Positions 1 through 14,293 of a DNA stretch of 55,081 bases are shown here, piece after piece. The DNA comes from a bacterium (lineage in GTDB: Bacteria; Patescibacteriota; Doudnabacteria; UBA920). Made by a program: the position numbers and the translations under genes. How positions within the stretch are numbered: position 1 is the stretch's first letter; every line of letters begins with the position of its first letter. The stretch spans positions 1-55,081 of the forward strand of contig JAKAGU010000006.1 in NCBI GenBank assembly GCA_021825655.1, in the 5' to 3' direction. The notes below the pieces were generated by a model. The model did no database searches. It worked only from the letters and a program-made list of their open reading frames with translations, and had not been told where the DNA came from.

Positions 1-128
1 CTGATACCACCAATGCTTACACTTACCAAGGCGGCTCCAATGCCTATACGCTGACTTTCTGTCTAGGACAGCAAACCGGCGGCTACGGCCAAGGCAGCCA
101 TACTATGACCCAAGCGGGTATTCAGTAG
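1..128 (+). CDS. 3' end of a pilin-like protein (5'-truncated by window edge)
   Basis: Frame from nt 3 reads DTTNAYTYQGGSNAYTLTFCLGQQTGGYGQGSHTMTQAGIQ*, resembling the YTLTFCLG..TGG...G.H C-terminus of CPR-type pilins; lies directly upstream of the minor-pilin cluster. Confidence 0.6.
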   Translation, partial: DTTNAYTYQGGSNAYTLTFCLGQQTGGYGQGSHTMTQAGIQ

Positions 129-132
129 GATT

Positions 133-175
133 AATAACACCCCCTTTGCTATAAGCCAGGGGGTGTTATTTTTTT
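133..175 (+). terminator. Intrinsic terminator
   Basis: 13-bp stem AATAACACCCCCT/AGGGGGTGTTATT followed by a T tract. Confidence 0.8.
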
Positions 176-245
176 GGCTTAGCCTTATTTGTTTGGTTTG
201 GATTGATTTGTCTTTTTTGTCTTTTTACATCATAATAAAATAAAT

Positions 246-929
246 ATGCGGGGAGACATGAAAGCAAAAAATAAAACTAGTGGCAGTGCAGATCTAGGCT
301 TTACTTTAATCGAACTTTTGGTGGTCATTGCCATTATGGGCACCTTGGTCGGTTTTATGATTATCAACCTGGGCCAGCAAAGCGGTGCCCGAAATTTGAA
401 AATCGCCCAGGATCTACTGGTCACGGATTTGCGGAAAATTCAAAGCTATACGCTTTCTTCGCGCGTTTTACCCAATGGCCAGCCCGCCCAATATTATTTG
501 ATGAAATTCGATCTTTCCAAACCCGACCAGTACACCATTCAGGGGGTGTACGACATGGAAAATACCACCAATGGCCGGCTGGTAGATGTTGAAACCGTAC
601 ATTTGCCCCAGCAGGTAACTTTTGACCCCATCTCTCCCACAGCGACCGCCAACCCCACCCTGACTGCAAAAAATTGTTTGCTGCTTGCCTTTCAGGCGCC
701 CTTTGCTAAGGTGGTGGTGAGTGAAGGCTGCAGCCAGGTTGCTCCTGCCACGAATCCGTACTTAATTGACAGCACTGACGATTACTCCAAAGTCATCAAT
801 TTTTACAATGACACCAGTGTGACCAGCAATGACTCCACGCTGACTTTAAAGCTGAAAGAAGCCAGGACCGGAACCACGAAAACCATTACAGTGCAGGCGG
901 TTAACGGCCTGGTGACTTTTGAACAATAA
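246..929 (+). CDS. Type IV pilin-like protein (FimU/GspH-like)
   Basis: Class III signal G|FTLIELLVVIAIMG with E+5; alternative ATG at 258. Confidence 0.85.
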   Translation: MRGDMKAKNKTSGSADLGFTLIELLVVIAIMGTLVGFMIINLGQQSGARNLKIAQDLLVTDLRKIQSYTLSSRVLPNGQPAQYYLMKFDLSKPDQYTIQGVYDMENTTNGRLVDVETVHLPQQVTFDPISPTATANPTLTAKNCLLLAFQAPFAKVVVSEGCSQVAPATNPYLIDSTDDYSKVINFYNDTSVTSNDSTLTLKLKEARTGTTKTITVQAVNGLVTFEQ

Positions 930-933
930 ACAT

Positions 934-1734
934 ATGAAATTCCGTCCGACCATTTTTAAAAAACAGCCAGGCCAGACCTTGGTGGAAACCGTGGCTGCGG
1001 TTTTTATTTTAGCCATGGGCATCAGCTCGGCGCTGGGTTTGGCGGTTTACGCCAATTCCACCTCCACAAGCATTACCAAACAAATCATTGCCACGGGCTT
1101 GGCCCGGGAAGGCGTGGAAGCAGTGAAAACCATGCGTGATACCAACTGGCTCAAGCAAACAGTAATTGACCGTGATTGTTATAATTTTGCCAATCCTACG
1201 GCCACCAGTACGGCCGCGAGCTGCCCCGGAGAGCTTAACTCCCGGACTTGCTGCTATAAAAACTGGCTTAGCGGGCCGAACTGCGGCAGCGGCACCAGCC
1301 GGTTTGACGGTTATTGCATCAACCCCAACCCCCCCGGCCACCAGACTTACAAATTGCAAATCGACATGAATTCCAACAATAGGCAGTGGACGCTCATTCC
1401 CGCCCCGACTTCCCCGTATAATTTGTACCTGTTCCAAAATAGCGCCTGGAACGACCCCTTAGCCTTCCAGGGGCTGTACCAGCCGGGTCCGGCCGCAGGT
1501 TATGCCTTGTCGGACTATTCCAGGGAAATTTTGTTGTTGACCGACAATTCCGCTGATGCCAGCGCTGACAACAGCGCCTATCCGTTTAACCAGCCGGATA
1601 TTGGCCCGCAGCTGGAGATTGTCTCCCGGGTGTGGTGGACCGACAAAAAATGCCCTGCCAGCCAGGACTGGCCGGGTTTGGGCAAATGTTCGGTGGAAAT
1701 CAGGGAGTTTTTAACTAATTGGAAAAACTACTAA
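934..1734 (+). CDS. Minor pilin, PilV/GspI-like, Cys-rich
   Basis: G|QTLVETVAAVFILAMG prepilin motif; ATG at 934 preferred over TTG at 919; 8 Cys in the mature part. Confidence 0.75.
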   Translation: MKFRPTIFKKQPGQTLVETVAAVFILAMGISSALGLAVYANSTSTSITKQIIATGLAREGVEAVKTMRDTNWLKQTVIDRDCYNFANPTATSTAASCPGELNSRTCCYKNWLSGPNCGSGTSRFDGYCINPNPPGHQTYKLQIDMNSNNRQWTLIPAPTSPYNLYLFQNSAWNDPLAFQGLYQPGPAAGYALSDYSREILLLTDNSADASADNSAYPFNQPDIGPQLEIVSRVWWTDKKCPASQDWPGLGKCSVEIREFLTNWKNY

Positions 1735-1754
1735 TAATGTTTAGAGGCGGGATT

Positions 1755-2516
1755 ATGGCTATTCAGCACAAAAAACAATTCGTACAGGGTTCGGCCGGGT
1801 TTACTTTAATGGAGATTGTGGTCTCGACCACTATTTTTGCTTTTGTCTCCGTGGCTATGATGGCCATGTTTAACTACACCCTGAAGATTAACCGGCGCAG
1901 CGAGGCCTTAAGGCAGGCGACGCAGGGCATGCGGAATTTTGTGGAGTACCTGGTGAAGGAAATCCGCAACGGGGAAATAGATTATGCCATTGTTAACGGC
2001 AATACCGTTGCCAGCGGCGTGTGGCCTGCCAATTATTGCGGTTTTGGCATTACGCCCCCGGTTATTTCGCAGCAGTGTACGGCGAACCCCAGCGACGGCA
2101 CCTGTTTTTCCAGTTTGTATCCGGCCCGCTCCAATAAGCTGGCTTTCATTAACAGTGACGGGGAGCGCAAATGCATCTTTTACGGGGGCAAGGGAGGGGT
2201 GGATACCGCTCCTCAGGATAACGGCGTCTTTAGCGCCTCAGGCGGCACCATGGTGCAGGAGCTGGCCAGCAGTTTGGGCTCCAGGCAGGTTTTAAACCCG
2301 CCGAATTTTACCGTGGATAGCCTGATGTTTGTGGTCCGTCCGGTGTGTGACCCCATGGCCAAATGCATTGACTACAATAACAGCTACCCCAAAATTCAGC
2401 CTAACGTACTGATTATGGTGCGCTTTACCACCAAGCTTCCGACCGGGGAAAGCGTAACTATAAATTACCAAACTTCGGTGTCTATCAATAAATATAACTA
2501 CCCAAACCAAAATTAA
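1755..2516 (+). CDS. Minor pilin, PilW/GspJ-like
   Basis: G|FTLMEIVVSTTIFAFV motif; in-frame ATGs at 1737 and 1755. Confidence 0.8.
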   Translation: MAIQHKKQFVQGSAGFTLMEIVVSTTIFAFVSVAMMAMFNYTLKINRRSEALRQATQGMRNFVEYLVKEIRNGEIDYAIVNGNTVASGVWPANYCGFGITPPVISQQCTANPSDGTCFSSLYPARSNKLAFINSDGERKCIFYGGKGGVDTAPQDNGVFSASGGTMVQELASSLGSRQVLNPPNFTVDSLMFVVRPVCDPMAKCIDYNNSYPKIQPNVLIMVRFTTKLPTGESVTINYQTSVSINKYNYPNQN

Positions 2517-2526
2517 CATCAAAGTT

Positions 2527-3360
2527 ATGGTAAATACTAAATTTGGCAAATCTTGGGACACAAACAGGCAAAGCGGCGTGACTTTGCTCCTGGCAATTTT
2601 GGTATTGTCAGCCATCATGGCAATTTCCTTTTCTTTAGCCACTATTATTTTTATCGAGGTCAGGACCTCGGGTGATTTGGTTAGAACAGAAGGCGCGATT
2701 TTTGGCGCGGACGCCGTAAGCGAACAGGTCTTGTTTAAGGTGAAGAGGAACACAGCGGATTTTTTCCCCGCATCCATAAATTTAAAAAACAATGTGGTAG
2801 TGGACAAGCCCGTAGAAAATACGACAACCACTCCCGTATTTGATGACACAGTTCTCACTACCTCCAACGTGTTTAATAAAGGCAAAGTTTACCAGCTGTT
2901 CGACCCCGCAGACCAAGGCGGGGGCAGCGGTTTCGCCAAAATCCGAATTTCCTACATTGATAGCGGCAATACCCAGCCTCTAGAGGTGTATGTTTGCGAG
3001 TTTGACCCTACCGGCAGCGTAAGCTACGGAAGCCCGGTTTGTTCCGATCCAAATTCGGTTGAATACTGGATTAACCAGCTGGATAGCGTGATTGCGGGGG
3101 CAACCGCCCAGAAATACGTAAACATCTTTCCGCCTTCTTTGGGAACAGGAATGGAAGAATGGCTGCTAGACCCCGGCAAGCAGCAGGAGCTGGTTTTGGT
3201 AAATACCACCACAGCCGTTATTCCAATCAAGATTGAAACTTTCGGACCTGACGTAAGTACGCCAAAACCCATGCCCCTGGTGGGCGAGGTGTCGGTACCG
3301 ATAAAGGCGGATAATAGCGGAGCGGTCAGAAGGATTGAGCTCAGAATTCCCAACCAATAA
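2527..3360 (+). CDS. Minor pilin, PilX/GspK-like
   Basis: G|VTLLLAILVLSAIMAISFS lacks E+5, as PilX/GspK do; last gene of the cluster. Confidence 0.7.
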   Translation: MVNTKFGKSWDTNRQSGVTLLLAILVLSAIMAISFSLATIIFIEVRTSGDLVRTEGAIFGADAVSEQVLFKVKRNTADFFPASINLKNNVVVDKPVENTTTTPVFDDTVLTTSNVFNKGKVYQLFDPADQGGGSGFAKIRISYIDSGNTQPLEVYVCEFDPTGSVSYGSPVCSDPNSVEYWINQLDSVIAGATAQKYVNIFPPSLGTGMEEWLLDPGKQQELVLVNTTTAVIPIKIETFGPDVSTPKPMPLVGEVSVPIKADNSGAVRRIELRIPNQ

Positions 3361-3363
3361 TTT

Positions 3364-3401
3364 AAAAAAACCGCCGCCCAGTATAGGGCGGCGGTTTTTT
3401 T
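3364..3401. terminator. Bidirectional intrinsic terminator
   Basis: A7-CCGCCGCCC loop GGGCGGCGG-T7 between convergent genes. Confidence 0.85.
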
Positions 3402-3410
3402 AGCTGAAAC

Positions 3411-3803
3411 TTATTTGGGAATTTTGATTGTCTGGCCGGGTTTTAGGGAGAATGGGCTTTTAAGGTTGTTTAGCGTGGCGATGGTCATCCAATGGATATT
3501 GAACTGTTGGCTGATGTTAAACAGGGTGTCGCCTTTTTTCACTTTATATTCAACGTATTGGAGGGTTTGGGTGTCGCTCGGTGCTTGCGTGTCCGTGGCC
3601 CCCAGGACCTGAGGCGCGCCAGCTTCAATTTTCGTACCGGTATTTTTACTAAACACAATCCAAAGGCTGTTGATGGTCAGGCCGATTGCAGCCAGTAAAA
3701 AGACAAAAGAAGAAATTTTTAAAAGCTGGTTTTTGGAATAACTCCTGCCAACCCCCGACTTAAGCCGAGGGGAGAGCTCGAGTTGATTTTTGAATTTAAA
3801 CAT
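3411..3803 (-). CDS. Membrane-anchored LysM-domain protein
   Basis: One TM segment, then C-terminal LysM YKVKKGDTLFNISQQFNIHWMTIATLNNL...LKPGQTIKIP; start uncertain (track extends to 3959). Confidence 0.8.
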   Translation of the reverse strand: MFKFKNQLELSPRLKSGVGRSYSKNQLLKISSFVFLLAAIGLTINSLWIVFSKNTGTKIEAGAPQVLGATDTQAPSDTQTLQYVEYKVKKGDTLFNISQQFNIHWMTIATLNNLKSPFSLKPGQTIKIPK

Positions 3804-3981
3804 CTTTTGTCTCGGAAAATATTTTGCCTTTACTTCTATTTTAGAATAAGCGTGTCCAAATGACAACATGGGGATAACTTGGCTAAAAAATGTGCAGAAA
3901 TAAGGCGGATAAATCCGCTCAGCGGCAATTATTTTTGTCTTCCGGACCCTCGCAGACAATAGGAAAATTTATTATAATTAA

Positions 3982-6045
<2,064 letters not shown>

Positions 6046-6051
6046 GTTGCC

Positions 6052-6966
6052 ATGAAAAATACTTTGCAAGATTTGGGCTTCGGCGATAAGGTGATTCAGG
6101 AAAACCGGACCCGGTATGTTAACCGCGACGGCAGCTTTAACGTACATCGGAAAGGCGTGTGGGAAAGGGGTTCTTTCAGCCCCTACCACGCCGTGCTTAA
6201 TATCAGCTGGTCCAAGTTCTATTTCGGCGTACTGGCCTATTATGTGCTAACCAACCTGATTTTTACCAGCCTGTATTTTTTTAGCGGCAGCCGGGCTTTT
6301 CCCGATATAGCGGGCCTGACTGCGGCCCAGCGCTTTGGCAAACTGTTCTTTTATAGCGTACAGGTGATTACCACTTTGGGTTCCAGCCCCTTGCATCCGG
6401 CCAATGTGCGGGCGGAGATAATTTTATCAATTGAGGCCATGGTGGGCATGTTGGGTTTTGCGCTCGGGGCCAGCTTGATGTTTGCCAGGTTTTCCAACCC
6501 GTCTTCGGGTATTACCTTCAGCCGCCGCGCGGTGATTGCCCCATACCAAGGGGGGACGGGCTTCATGTTTCGGATGATAAACGGCCGGAGCCATGAATTG
6601 CTCCAGGTGGGAGCGGTTATTACTTTGGCAGTGACGGGCGCAGACGGCAAGCGCAATTTTAAGCAGCTGCAGCTGGAACGGGACAGCGTGCTGGTTTTTC
6701 CCCTGCACTGGACCGTGGTTCATCCCATAAACAAAACCAGCCCGCTGTACGGAATGACAGCGCAGGATTTGTCAAAAGCCAACGCCGAATTTGTAATTTC
6801 CGTTACAGCCGTAGACCAGGATTTATCCAAAACCTTATACGCCCGAACTTCTTACCGGTTTAACGAAGTGGTTATGGGCGCGCGTTTCTCCAATATTATT
6901 GAGCACAATACCCAAGGTACAGTGGTAGTTGACCCCAAACGCATCCACGAGATTGAAAAAGTCTAA
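6052..6966 (+). CDS. Inward-rectifier (KirBac-like) ion channel
   Basis: RYVNRDGSFNV slide region, two TMs, FARFSNP and FSRRAVI, WTVVHPINKTSPLYG, ARTSY...EVVMGARF cytoplasmic-domain motifs. Confidence 0.85.
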   Translation: MKNTLQDLGFGDKVIQENRTRYVNRDGSFNVHRKGVWERGSFSPYHAVLNISWSKFYFGVLAYYVLTNLIFTSLYFFSGSRAFPDIAGLTAAQRFGKLFFYSVQVITTLGSSPLHPANVRAEIILSIEAMVGMLGFALGASLMFARFSNPSSGITFSRRAVIAPYQGGTGFMFRMINGRSHELLQVGAVITLAVTGADGKRNFKQLQLERDSVLVFPLHWTVVHPINKTSPLYGMTAQDLSKANAEFVISVTAVDQDLSKTLYARTSYRFNEVVMGARFSNIIEHNTQGTVVVDPKRIHEIEKV

Positions 6967-7076
6967 ACCAGGGGTTTGCCGGCTCGGGATAATTTTGTGG
7001 GTAAGGTGTGGATTTAAAGGTTTAACCTCCCTTAAATAAGCCAAAAATTTTAAAAGGTACTTTTTTGTTTTTAGCC

Positions 7077-7105
7077 TTGACAAACAGGCTGTAATCCATT
7101 AATAT
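7077..7105 (+). promoter_or_regulatory. Sigma70 promoter of the 23S-5S unit
   Basis: TTGACA (7077-7082), 17 nt spacer, TAATAT (7100-7105). Confidence 0.75.
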
Positions 7106-7550
7106 AGTGAGTACAGTTAATAAAGGTAGGTAATATGGTAAATAACTCAAGGTTCTTAAAAAGATTGCGGTGTATGTAGACTCGCGTATTTTCTTACGGC
7201 CTACATAACCGCCCAGTTGCGGTTTTTTTGTTGCTATTTTGCTCCTTTTAAAAACTTACTATATAACCACGTACTTACTGCTCAGGATCTTCGGCGTACC
7301 ATCTATCTCGAGGGTATTCAGGCCTTGTAAGACCACCCTTGAGCAGTAGCTATGTGGCTGTATCGGATAGAACTTTAAAAATTGAATAATGAATCATCAC
7401 ACTTCAACCGAGGTGGTGATTCATGGGTAGACGAATTAGTGTACGAAATGTACAAAGTATTCATCGTAAGTTAGAACATTGAACATTGTAAAAGAATTGG
7501 CAATTTGTTCGCGAAATATTCGCGGCTACAAATTGCTAGTCAATTGATCT

Positions 7551-11180
<3,630 letters not shown>

Positions 11181-11389
11181 AAAATTGACTAGCAATTTGT
11201 GGCAATGTAGAATACCAATGTACATTAGTAATTTACCCGATGTTCAAACAAAACCTGAAAATTTTTGCAATTGTTTTGTTTATTCTCGCAGTTATTGGTT
11301 TCTTTTTCGTCCTTTCCAATCCTTTGGTTTATGCCCTTAAACCCTAAATGTCCTTCAAAGGCCTGATTTAAAAGCTTGAATACGGCCTT

Positions 11390-11503
11390 TGGGTGGCATT
11401 TACGGCGCGGTACGACCTGATCCCATCCCGAACTCAGCAGTCAAAAGCGCTTGTGCCAATGATACTCCGGTGCATGCCGGTGGAAAAGTAGGTAGCTGCC
11501 CAT
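11390..11503 (+). rRNA. rrf: 5S rRNA
   Basis: GATCCCATCCCGAACTC...AGTAGGTAGCTGCCCA motifs; terminal helix GGGTGGC/GCTGCCC. Confidence 0.95.
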
Positions 11504-11511
11504 TATATGAT

Positions 11512-11540
11512 TAACCCTTCCCTTACGGGAAGGGTTTTTC
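11512..11540 (+). terminator. rRNA unit terminator
   Basis: AACCCTTCCC-TTAC-GGGAAGGGTT followed by T tract. Confidence 0.75.
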
Positions 11541-11569
11541 TATTGCCCGGAATCCTATATAATGCCGGT

Positions 11570-12103
11570 ATGTGGTTTACAGTTTTTTTGGTGGGCATGC
11601 TGCTGTTTTCCTGTGTTGCGCTGTTTGTAGTTACCAGCGCTTTTTTGGGCTTTTTGCAGACCCGGGTGCCGTTCGTCCCTACCAGCCGCAAGGACGTGGA
11701 GTTTGTGGTAAAAAAGCTGGCGCTTGGCCCTAAAGATGTCTTTATAGATTTAGGCAGCGGCGACGGCCGGGTGTGTTTTTTGGTGGAACAAGCCTGCGGT
11801 GCTCAAACCGTGGGTTATGAAATGACTTGGTGGACGCACCTTCTGGCAAAGATTAAAGCCCGACTCAAGCATTCAAGATCTCGGTTTTACTGCAGGAATT
11901 TTTTTCATGAGGACTGGTCCGGAGCAAACGTGGTTTATGGCTATTTATACCCGCCGCTCATGCGGCAAGTGGAGGAGAAGTTTAAAGCCGATTGCCGGCC
12001 GGGAACTTTTGCGGTAATCCGGGATTTTCCCTTCCCAAGCCTGAAGCCGATGGAGGTGGTTTACCGGCCGGGGGGTCACGAGATTTACATCTATTTAAAA
12101 TAA
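11570..12103 (+). CDS. Class I SAM-dependent methyltransferase with N-terminal TM helix
   Basis: VPFVPT, FIDLGSGDGR (motif I), GYE, NFFHEDWSGANVVYGYL; the track start at 11507 overlaps the terminator, so ATG 11570 is preferred. Confidence 0.85.
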   Translation: MWFTVFLVGMLLFSCVALFVVTSAFLGFLQTRVPFVPTSRKDVEFVVKKLALGPKDVFIDLGSGDGRVCFLVEQACGAQTVGYEMTWWTHLLAKIKARLKHSRSRFYCRNFFHEDWSGANVVYGYLYPPLMRQVEEKFKADCRPGTFAVIRDFPFPSLKPMEVVYRPGGHEIYIYLK

Positions 12104-12105
12104 GT

Positions 12106-12123
12106 GTAGAAACTTTTCTACAA
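12106..12123. promoter_or_regulatory. Palindrome, candidate TrmB-family operator
   Basis: TGTAGAAA-CT-TTTCTACA, with a TTGTAGAA half-site just upstream of the TTGACG -35 of the TrmB gene. Confidence 0.4.
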
Positions 12124-12228
12124 TATTTCTTTATAAAATACCCTTAAAATAAGGGTATTTTCATTTATCCACTTATATTGTAGAATACCCATTGACGCTT
12201 TTATAAATAAAATTAAACTACTAATACT

Positions 12229-12975
12229 ATGGAAATAGGTATGCTTCTAAAAAAGATTGGTTTGAACGATAAAGAGGCAGCAGTATTCGCCTCTTTACTG
12301 GAACTTGGTCCGTCGCCTGTCCGTGAAGTTGCCAGGAAGTCCAGTGTTAACAGGGGTACAGCATATGATGTGCTTAGGGCACTCATTAAGCAAGGACTGG
12401 TAAGCTATTTTGATACCAAGACGCATCAGCACTTCGTAGCAGAACCTCCGGAAAAATTACTGGCTTTGGTTTCAGAGAAGCAGGAGGGTTTGAAAGCTTT
12501 AAAAAAGCAGATTGAAGAAAGCCTGCCCGAACTGTCGTCCGCTTTCAAAAAACAGGGCGGCCGGCCGGTGGTAAAGATGTATGAAGGCAAGCGGGGGGTA
12601 AGGACAATTTTGGAAGACGTGTTAAACACCTTTTCCAAGTCCAAGCAGAAAGTTTATTACGTGTATTCTTCATCTACGGTTAGAAAGAATGTTTACGAAG
12701 CCATGCCGGATTTTAGCCAGCAGCGCATTGCCAAAAAAATCCGGGTAAAGACCATTGCCTTAGGCAGCGGGGGCAAGCTGTTTGGACTGGATGAGCGAAA
12801 ATGGATGCAGCTGCCCGAAGAGGGGCTAAAGCCGGTGTATGAGTTGATTTATTCAGGCAAGGTGGCGCATATTTCTTTGGATAATTCTGCTAATCCCGTG
12901 GGCGTGGTCATTGAGGATAGGGAAATTTTCGAAACGCAGAAAATGATTTTCGAGTTCAACTGGGGAAAATTGTGA
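12229..12975 (+). CDS. TrmB-family transcriptional regulator
   Basis: LKKIGLNDKEAAVFASLLELG...VARKSSVNRGTAYDVLRALIKQGLV...FVAEPPEKL wHTH, then YEGKRG effector domain. Confidence 0.88.
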   Translation: MEIGMLLKKIGLNDKEAAVFASLLELGPSPVREVARKSSVNRGTAYDVLRALIKQGLVSYFDTKTHQHFVAEPPEKLLALVSEKQEGLKALKKQIEESLPELSSAFKKQGGRPVVKMYEGKRGVRTILEDVLNTFSKSKQKVYYVYSSSTVRKNVYEAMPDFSQQRIAKKIRVKTIALGSGGKLFGLDERKWMQLPEEGLKPVYELIYSGKVAHISLDNSANPVGVVIEDREIFETQKMIFEFNWGKL

Positions 12976-13032
12976 GTCCCCAGGTGTCCCCGGCAATCAT
13001 ACAGATAGTCGGAAACAGAATGGGAGGATTCC

Positions 13033-13293
13033 ATGGAAGAACTGAGACGGTTGGTTGCTGTAATACGGATTCTCGAAGGCGTTAAGCCTGGAGATCCGAC
13101 GCTGGGAAACCAGGATCAAGGCCATATTGGCCAGACGATCGATAACCTCACCCACACGGATGAAGACACGGACAAGTACGGCGCCTGGAAGGAAGCCAAA
13201 AGCGACGAGACTTTTCGTTCCCAGGTCGTCGTGGCCGCACGGGGCTACGTCAAGTGGCTCGTGGATCACCCGAAAGCTCCCCTGGCGTCGTAG
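13033..13293 (+). CDS. Hypothetical orphan protein, 86 aa
   Basis: GGGAGG SD upstream and hairpin downstream; no recognisable motif. Confidence 0.6.
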   Translation: MEELRRLVAVIRILEGVKPGDPTLGNQDQGHIGQTIDNLTHTDEDTDKYGAWKEAKSDETFRSQVVVAARGYVKWLVDHPKAPLAS

Positions 13294-13327
13294 ATGCTCA
13301 AACCTACAACCCTCAACAAAGCACCTC

Positions 13328-13368
13328 CAAGGGTCGGCAAGCCTCTGGCACGCCGACCCTTGAAAAAA
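13328..13368. terminator. Hairpin after the orphan ORF
   Basis: CAAGGGTCGGC...GCCGACCCTTG followed by A6. Confidence 0.55.
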
Positions 13369-13466
13369 CCTATGAATGATTTTCGAGTTTAGCCTGAAAT
13401 TTTTTTTGGTTAAACCCGGAAATTCCAAATCCGGAATCCCTAGGTCCAGAGGAGGATAAATACAGA

Positions 13467-14258
13467 GTGGAAAGAAAAATTGTTGCAGTGGTGCTCGCGG
13501 CTGGTTATGGCCGCATTCGCGAAGGCGTGTCAAAGCTCGTTGAACGCCTCAACGGCACAAGTATTATCAATCATACCCTGGCTGTCCTCGAAAAGGCCGG
13601 TTTCAAGGAAAAGCTGATGGTGCTGAACGCCGAATTCGCCGAACAGGTGGTCAATAGCCTGGATTTCTCGATTGACCGGCTGTGCATTCAGGCCAAAAGG
13701 CAGGGTCCAGCCCAAGCCGTGGTATCGGCTCTGCCAACGCTCCGGCGCATGGGGGCGACCGATGTCCTGGTTGTCTTCGGCGACATGCCCATGCTCTGCG
13801 CTGATTCGCTGAAGGCCGTTGTCGATGCACATCTCAAGGTAGAAAATAGCGTCTTGACTGTCAGCTCGTGGCCGTTTGATTCCAGCCACCCGCTCGCGGA
13901 AAAGATGTTTAACTACGCCTACCTTGATATGCGGCGGGAGGACGAAAGCTATCCGCCGACCCCGATCGCAATGATCTACAACGGCATGCCCCATGAGGAG
14001 TCCGCCGTGCTTTCCTCGGTCTACGCCATTAACTTGGAGTGGTTCGAGCAGGCGCTCGCGGATATTCCAGCCTACGACAAAGGCGACGGCTATGGCTCTG
14101 AATTGCATCTGCCGTACCTCGTCAACGTGGCGTTGCTCCACCACCGCCAATTGATCAACATCACCGAACCGCGGCCTGAGCCGCTCATCGGTGTTAACAC
14201 TCAAGAGGACCTGCAGCTTATCCGCAGCATCCTCGAAACCGAAGGGGGGCGGTCGTGA
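13467..14258 (+). CDS. Divergent GlmU-N/MobA-like nucleotidyltransferase
   Basis: VVLAAGYG, SK, VLVVFGDMP, Y-L..LV, LIGVNTQEDL; no left-handed beta-helix domain; GTG start with AGAGGAGG. Confidence 0.75.
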   Translation: MERKIVAVVLAAGYGRIREGVSKLVERLNGTSIINHTLAVLEKAGFKEKLMVLNAEFAEQVVNSLDFSIDRLCIQAKRQGPAQAVVSALPTLRRMGATDVLVVFGDMPMLCADSLKAVVDAHLKVENSVLTVSSWPFDSSHPLAEKMFNYAYLDMRREDESYPPTPIAMIYNGMPHEESAVLSSVYAINLEWFEQALADIPAYDKGDGYGSELHLPYLVNVALLHHRQLINITEPRPEPLIGVNTQEDLQLIRSILETEGGRS

Positions 14259-14293
14259 ACCCACGACCCCCTCCTTACCCCCAATATTTATTT

